The notes beneath the pieces are model-generated. The model made no database searches. It was not told the origin of the DNA and was given only the letters and a program-made list of their open reading frames with translations. Of a stretch of DNA of 64,000 nt, positions 59,301 to 64,000 are shown in pieces (within the stretch, counting starts at the first letter, position 1; each line of letters starts with the position of its first letter). The DNA comes from a virus (taxonomy: Duplodnaviria; Caudoviricetes). Made by a program: the position numbers and the translations under genes. Where the stretch lies: IMG/VR virus record IMGVR_UViG_3300039452_000187, positions 1-64,000 of that record. The stretch is one strand, 5' to 3'.

Positions 59301-62300
59301 TTCGGCTGGTTGCTCCGCGCCATCGGCGCCGCTTGTCTTCTCCGTTGCCGCGTCAATCTGCCCCGTGATGCCGTGCTCCTTGGCCCACTCCAGCATGTGC
59401 TTGTACGCCTTGAGTCGTTTGCCGAACTGCTCCCGCAACCCTTCCGCGTTGGGGTGCTCGGGCGGAATCCCGTCCAGGAACTTCTGATGCTCCTGGATCA
59501 GTTCTTCCAGCCGATGTACCGTGAGTTCGCCGTGGTGCGAGCGGAGCCCGGCGAAGCTGGCCTTAGCCCGGCGCAATTCCAGTTCTGACAACTCATGGCG
59601 GGTGTGTGGCTCGAGCTGCTCGTGCAACTTGGCGACGTCGATACTACCACGCGACCGGCGCCGCTCGGTCTGCTCCTCCTTGGCCTTGTCAATCTTGGCC
59701 TTTTCGCTGGCCGGCAACTTTTCGACTTCCTTGGCCGGAATCCACTGCCCGCCTTTGTAGTGCCTGCCGTTGGCGCCAACGATGCCACCCTTCGGGGCGC
59801 GCTCCGCAGCGTATTGGTCCGCCTCCTCGCCCTGCTTAATGTCCCACTTCTTCCGTTCTTCATCCCAGGCCACGTACCAGCCCGTCCCTTCCAATTCCTC
59901 TGCCGCCGCCGCAAACTCGCTCTCGGGAATCTCCAGCCCGGCGTCGTCCAGGGCGTTCCAGCCGTCGGCATACCAGCGGGCCAGCTCCCGAGCTTGCACC
60001 GAAGAATCTGGGTCCGCTGCTTCCCGGTCATAGCGCTCCTGCGCGGGCGGCCCCACCGCGATGCCGAAGTGGACGAACTTGCGGCCCTGGTCGTCCTGGT
60101 CGTGCCAGATTTGCTCGAAGCGCTCCACGGGGATCATGACCCGGCCGGGCGTGCGCTCCACATCTCGATCGTTGGTCACGTTGTCAATCGAACTGTCCTG
60201 GCAGAATACCTGCCCGAGCCCTACGCCAATGACCGTGAGATAGTGCCCGTAGTTAAACGAAGCCCCGGCGCTCCTTCTGTGCCCGTAATCTTGCACCGGG
60301 GTAATGACCGGCCAGCCGCGCCCGAAGTAGTCGGCCAAATCGTCCACGGCCATTCCATTCCGGGCTTCCACCTGCAAACCGAGCGAGCGCAGGTAATCAA
60401 TGATGGCGTAGGGGTGCGTAGATTTGGCCAGCGTCGTGCCGAGCGCCTGCTTCCACTCCGCCAGGCGCTCGGGGCCGACGCCGAAATACCGCCCCGTGGT
60501 CATCGAGGCACAGGCGCCGCAGCTGTAGTGATCGCGCTGGCGTATGTCCTGGACCGGCAGCAGTTCACTGCCAGGCGCGGCCGCAGTGAGAGCGTCGGTA
60601 CGGTCATAGCGGGCGGGCTGGTCGGCGCGGGCCAGGTCGATCTTCGGGTTGCTGGGATCAAAGGTGCCCGCGTTGTCCACAGCCTTGATTTGGTGAGGCT
60701 CGAAGGCAATCCAGACCCGGTGCTGCTGAACCCCTTCGATTTTTTTGCCGCGGCGAGACCCATAATGACCCACATGGGTAATCCCGTCATACCCTTGTGC
60801 GGCTAAATGCTTCTGGAGTCCCGACTTACTCAAGCCTCCTTGACGGACAACCTCTTCATAACTCGCGTGGGGTCGCTGAACCTCGTGGACATCGGGCTGA
60901 AAACTGATGTTGTAAGGCCGCAGGGCCTTGCGAAATTCCGGGTGGGATTGATAGAGGCCCCAGAGCCGTTGCGGTTCGGCCGTCATCATTTGCTTCATTT
61001 GTTGCCAGGTGAAATTCATCGACACGTTCGGTAACGATTCAAGCGCCGCGTGCATCTGTTGCCAGTGCTGATCGGTCGGCGTGACTGCCTCATCACTGAC
61101 CAGCAGAATGGGCCGTGTCTGTTTGATGCGAAACCGACTGCGCGCCGGCTCGGGAAGGTCTGCTGTAGCAATCTTGCCACGGTCAATGTCAAACGGCTTG
61201 CGGATGTTGAGGTACACGCTAAAAACGTGTCCCTTGGGCCGTTCCACCCAGCCGGCAAACTGGTTGCCGAACTCTGCATTGAGAATGTGCTCACCCTTGG
61301 CAACGGCGACACCGACGTTGCTCTCTGTTGAGTCAAGAATCATCGCTTCCAGCTGATGCAACTGGTATTGGCGAGACTCCAAATCTTCAGCCTGCCGCTG
61401 GAGCGATCGTTGAGCGACACGGTCCTGAGTCAACCTCAATTCCTTCACTGTGTACTGCAGATCGGCCGCCACCTTCGCGGCTTTTTGCTTGAGCGCCGGC
61501 AGTAACTCGCGGCGCACTCGTTCCACCGGCACGGCGAGTTTACCGCCAGCCCTGTCGACCAGGCCACTCCCGTGCTGCTTGTAGTCCTCCGCGATCGCCG
61601 CCGCGTCCGTAAAATAGAACCCTGGTCCATAGAACAGCTTTTCGCCCTTGGCGAGTTTGCTTTTCAAGAACTCGTCAAAGCGGTCCCAAGGGGTGCCGTG
61701 GTACACCACCTTGGGCATCAGGTTCTCAACGACGACCGAATGTTCCACCGGTGCCTGCTGCTGCGGCTCACCCGTTTCCGGGTCGATGACTTTGGACGCA
61801 TGGGCCGCATCGTGCTCCCAATCGCCGAACCAGGCACGAAACGCGGGAGCGCGGGTGCCAAGCTCCTGATACTCCTTGCGCAGCCGGGCTGCTTTCGCTT
61901 CCGGCGTCTCTGGCGCCGCTGCGGCCGGAGCTTGCTTGCCTTGTGCATCCTGACCTGGTTCCGGGCGCGGCCCCGGATCGTCCTCATGCTCGCCCTCGTG
62001 CTCGTGCCCGCCCGGCATTTCGTCCCGGTACAACACTCTCCCCGTGCGGTTGCTCTTCCAGCCCTTACCGCCGCGCGGTCCCGTGTACGGCGTCCACTCC
62101 CCGCCCGCGCTGCCGCCGCCCTGCGGGTCCAGGAAATTGGTTTGCCCGGCCGCGTCCTTTTTCTTCCGCGCGTACTGGTCCGCCTCTGGCTGGTAGGTGC
62201 CGTCCCACTCCAGCACCAACTCCCGCAGCTGCTCGGGATCCTTCACCGGCTCGGCCTCGCTCAGACTGAACGGGCCGCCGCCGCGATGGTAGTACAGGTC

Positions 62301-62681
62301 ATGCCCGGGACTATCATTCCGGTCGTCCACCACCACGACATGCTCCGCGATCTCTGGGGCCTCCACCTGGTCTGTCGTGCCGCCCTGCGGCAGCGTCACC
62401 AGGCAGATCCGGTGCAAAGAATCGTCATGCGGATCGGTGAGGTAGAGCCAGCCGCCGCGCGGCACCGCCCCCAGCACGTCCGCCAGGACGGCCGCGTTCT
62501 GGACGTTGACGGGATCAGGCGGCGGCAAAGGCTCGGTCAGCTCGTTTGTGTTGTCCGATTCGGCCGCGTACTTCCCGACTGAGGCTGCCGCCAAGACTTC
62601 TTCCAGTTCGGCGTCGGTCACTGCCGTAGCATCCGTCAGACCGCTGAGAAAGGACCGAAACTCCTGCACTAGCGCTGTCAC
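56385..62681 (-). CDS. Giant polyvalent protein: ART-like domain, C39 peptidase, wHTH and others
   Basis: FRAWFGDW..VYHGT..GFYFTD..VYLNIRKP..GYDGI..FEPHQIK (ART-PolyVal-like, ~60640-61850); Q...YSCGAC..GHY...QD (C39, ~60050-60565); wHTH ~57900-58070. Confidence 0.85.
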   Translation of the reverse strand: MTALVQEFRSFLSGLTDATAVTDAELEEVLAAASVGKYAAESDNTNELTEPLPPPDPVNVQNAAVLADVLGAVPRGGWLYLTDPHDDSLHRICLVTLPQGGTTDQVEAPEIAEHVVVVDDRNDSPGHDLYYHRGGGPFSLSEAEPVKDPEQLRELVLEWDGTYQPEADQYARKKKDAAGQTNFLDPQGGGSAGGEWTPYTGPRGGKGWKSNRTGRVLYRDEMPGGHEHEGEHEDDPGPRPEPGQDAQGKQAPAAAAPETPEAKAARLRKEYQELGTRAPAFRAWFGDWEHDAAHASKVIDPETGEPQQQAPVEHSVVVENLMPKVVYHGTPWDRFDEFLKSKLAKGEKLFYGPGFYFTDAAAIAEDYKQHGSGLVDRAGGKLAVPVERVRRELLPALKQKAAKVAADLQYTVKELRLTQDRVAQRSLQRQAEDLESRQYQLHQLEAMILDSTESNVGVAVAKGEHILNAEFGNQFAGWVERPKGHVFSVYLNIRKPFDIDRGKIATADLPEPARSRFRIKQTRPILLVSDEAVTPTDQHWQQMHAALESLPNVSMNFTWQQMKQMMTAEPQRLWGLYQSHPEFRKALRPYNISFQPDVHEVQRPHASYEEVVRQGGLSKSGLQKHLAAQGYDGITHVGHYGSRRGKKIEGVQQHRVWIAFEPHQIKAVDNAGTFDPSNPKIDLARADQPARYDRTDALTAAAPGSELLPVQDIRQRDHYSCGACASMTTGRYFGVGPERLAEWKQALGTTLAKSTHPYAIIDYLRSLGLQVEARNGMAVDDLADYFGRGWPVITPVQDYGHRRSAGASFNYGHYLTVIGVGLGQVFCQDSSIDNVTNDRDVERTPGRVMIPVERFEQIWHDQDDQGRKFVHFGIAVGPPAQERYDREAADPDSSVQARELARWYADGWNALDDAGLEIPESEFAAAAEELEGTGWYVAWDEERKKWDIKQGEEADQYAAERAPKGGIVGANGRHYKGGQWIPAKEVEKLPASEKAKIDKAKEEQTERRRSRGSIDVAKLHEQLEPHTRHELSELELRRAKASFAGLRSHHGELTVHRLEELIQEHQKFLDGIPPEHPNAEGLREQFGKRLKAYKHMLEWAKEHGITGQIDAATEKTSGADGAEQPAEKPPADANKFKDSKGTTWVKAKAGGETSPVNGEFYKGGRWMPIHGLSVKPDQKPQTKEPQGGEMGKPPSENAKQKQPREPMTPEQIQDEKERQEQQVKWNDINASPLGRLKWFGEHPNYKAMQRSTINMKEWKEFAEAIGEGRLKNLAQQLEKRYLDRIEREVAEERANGKEVPEDGIAWEKGIPRHMAEQDVMTFGARKHLAALPSSFLARQLLQSAMEKAGVNGLHEIAAMLTDAERSSKQAPSNQANQANQPQTAQSALATADPMKAAAETDVLSARDRAILIDPTRDIGQKLEALANADTRHLDKLHAQLGLHTNEWLRSAASNWNRFMTSADPGYRRQGEKGLANVVQRIRETLIPALEKAGHKELAGYYRNGADVVEQALKGKQSQAPAPAPAVEQPSNISGADHSTLAVLSEHGIASVDELADATGKPSAELQRHLEELERSGHVEKVARRYGGPLYRLKENQPATAQQSASEPPETEPAPVPSPPEKTSANSSQEDLTSPVQQTMISAGDATGATPGKPAEGNAMVGTAAMTGAQSDTVAAGHEVALAEALAKRNLQAGTPPADEFRAGFVDALAGKTEESWKERGWSGGKVNRWRRGYEDAKAALAPPAAAAPKPESVKQPDVSQPAVSAVTPTATQQGGPLKRQPGEPALDFLRRFVANPAAVQGWIDMAPTLNDLSAEEREEAERIVGADPAKRDRTYPNTHIFKAAQDRYEAATAEHGRAERAARAKDLLAQAATTNDPERVQKEWRDSIYSLSRPRLERLASDLGIKADDPNRGLSYVLSDVMEKALKPAFTRKVYDAARGKVGKLYDKPKDFGMTKRDLPKNPPADALVWRIKAQQDLGVGGTGGFPPKKKGAVIQVRGKDYTVLAGSDVFELRDPEIGGLGRMQHVLVRPATPEEVITSKIPAAIKALEAQAKPYDDYNVSGYMTNEQRDEAKRWLEKYRQDPEAAYREQHNLSVKE

Positions 62682-62692
62682 ACTCGCACCCC

Positions 62693-64000
62693 TTAACTGT
62701 GCCGTGAATAAATGGACAAGAATTTTTGAGCCAGCAACTCCATCTCCGATGCCAACCGCTCGTACTGCTTGGCGAGTTCGCTCCGTCTGAACGGTACTTC
62801 CTCCCCTTGCTCAACCCGATGTTGCTTCCATTCGCGCCGGTCCCGCTCGGCCGCCCCAAAGCCGGTCGTCGCCGGCACACGCTTCCTTCGTTCCTCTTCC
62901 CGCTGGTGCTCCGTCAACCGGTCGAACGCCTCGCTATACGCCTCATCTTCCGACAGCGGTTCTGGGTTGCCGCCGAGCAACAAGTCATACAGCCGGCCGG
63001 GTAAATCGTCTTCGTGCCCGTTGAATTCCTCCGGATACTTCGCCGCCACGCTCTGGGCCACGTCGTCCAGCCCGCGCACCGCGTCCGCATCAATGCCCCG
63101 GCTGGCGCGGGCCTTCAAGGTGTCCAGGCTGCCGTACCCCTGGCTCTCCGACAGCTGCCGCGCATCCTTGAGGAGCCGCGTCCGGTCCTTCTTGAACTCG
63201 CGATCGTGGGCCAAAATCTCCGCCGCCAACTGGTGTAGGTGCTCGCCCTTCAGCCCCGACTTCCTTGCTTTCTTCGCCCAGATGGCCCGTTCATAAGCCC
63301 GGCTCTGGGCCAGCTGCTGCCGGTGCGACGGCTCCGGGGACTCGGCTTCCGACTCCGGCTCATCGAACACTTTGCCGGTATGGGCTACCACCGCCGGCCC
63401 GTGCCGTGGCTGGTGGAGGTTGACGTGCCCGGATTGCTGCAATTCGTGCAATGCCTCGTGCAAGGGCGAGCCCGGCTCGTGCTTGTCGCCGGTCAGGCGC
63501 TGCAAGGTGCCCACGTCAGCCTCGCCCGTGTCCAGGTGCTGTAGCAGTTGCTTTTTCAGGTGATGGTGCTGGGACGGCTTGGACCGTGCGTCGCCCTTCT
63601 CCGACAACGCAGCGATTTTCTTCCCGGTGAACTTAGGGTGCCCCTTGGCAATCCTTCCGTCCTTGCCGATACATACAGGACTGCCGCCGCTGCGCTTGCC
63701 GCCGTGGCCCTCGTGGGCACCGATCGTGATCCAGGTACACGAACCGGAACCACTGGACTTGCTCCGCTCATAACCCTCTGGATCTTCACGCCGCCCAAAC
63801 CGGTCAAACAGGCCGCGATTGGGGACCGTGTTACCGCCGAAGAAGCCCGGCGCGGATACCGGGGGCTTAGGCTTGACGGGCACAGCTTCCCCTGGGTCCG
63901 GCTGTGCCTGGTCGGTCGGTTGTCGGTCGAACCACTCGGCGAAGCTCAGGCCGTGTTTCGGACCGCCCAGCGTGCGCGACTCGTTCCATTCCTTCTGCCA
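62693..64000 (-). CDS. Head-associated hypothetical protein, 5' end outside the window
   Basis: Frame is open from 64000; WITIG...GSPVCIGKDGRIAKG motif; wHTH-like segment. Confidence 0.65.
   Translation of the reverse strand, partial: WQKEWNESRTLGGPKHGLSFAEWFDRQPTDQAQPDPGEAVPVKPKPPVSAPGFFGGNTVPNRGLFDRFGRREDPEGYERSKSSGSGSCTWITIGAHEGHGGKRSGGSPVCIGKDGRIAKGHPKFTGKKIAALSEKGDARSKPSQHHHLKKQLLQHLDTGEADVGTLQRLTGDKHEPGSPLHEALHELQQSGHVNLHQPRHGPAVVAHTGKVFDEPESEAESPEPSHRQQLAQSRAYERAIWAKKARKSGLKGEHLHQLAAEILAHDREFKKDRTRLLKDARQLSESQGYGSLDTLKARASRGIDADAVRGLDDVAQSVAAKYPEEFNGHEDDLPGRLYDLLLGGNPEPLSEDEAYSEAFDRLTEHQREEERRKRVPATTGFGAAERDRREWKQHRVEQGEEVPFRRSELAKQYERLASEMELLAQKFLSIYSRHS

Overview
This is a GC-rich segment of a temperate tailed phage, probably infecting a planctomycete. 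The host call is an inference from the phage-borne CsrA, the planctomycete-style integrase N-terminus, the Zn-ribbon membrane moron and the Cys-rich tail proteins. The window reads across an intact-looking attP, a 5' half of tRNA-Lys at 6121-6161 with GGTGTCA arm repeats on both sides, so it looks like an excised or free genome rather than an integrated prophage. Layout: regulators, excisionase-like genes and integrase (0.1-6 kb); small early genes (6.4-11.3 kb); three secreted morons (11.5-14 kb); accessory locus (14.1-19.8 kb); late and tail-distal genes (21-28 kb); a divergently transcribed RHH-controlled insert (28.3-33.4 kb); Mu-like tail and head module on the minus strand (33.4-53.8 kb); orphan cas8-like cassette (55-56.4 kb); giant polyvalent proteins (56.4-64 kb). 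The best candidate for a new system is the 14.1-19.8 kb locus. One promoter drives five structured RNAs: a tRNA(CAU) plus four Y-like RNAs that share one internal-loop module, grafted onto tRNA bodies in three different topologies or standing alone. These are followed by a ubiquitin-like protein, a Ro60/TROVE-vWA protein, a candidate E2-like protein, a JAB peptidase and a ThiF/E1. Other strong leads are a solitary type I-G Cas8 (Csb3)-like gene next to an XRE HTH (candidate anti-CRISPR mimic), a probable phage selenoprotein (in-frame UGA plus SECIS-like hairpin), and recurring Y-[ASDE]-[RA] motifs at domain boundaries of head-associated proteins. All family assignments come from motif recognition by eye; no searches were run.
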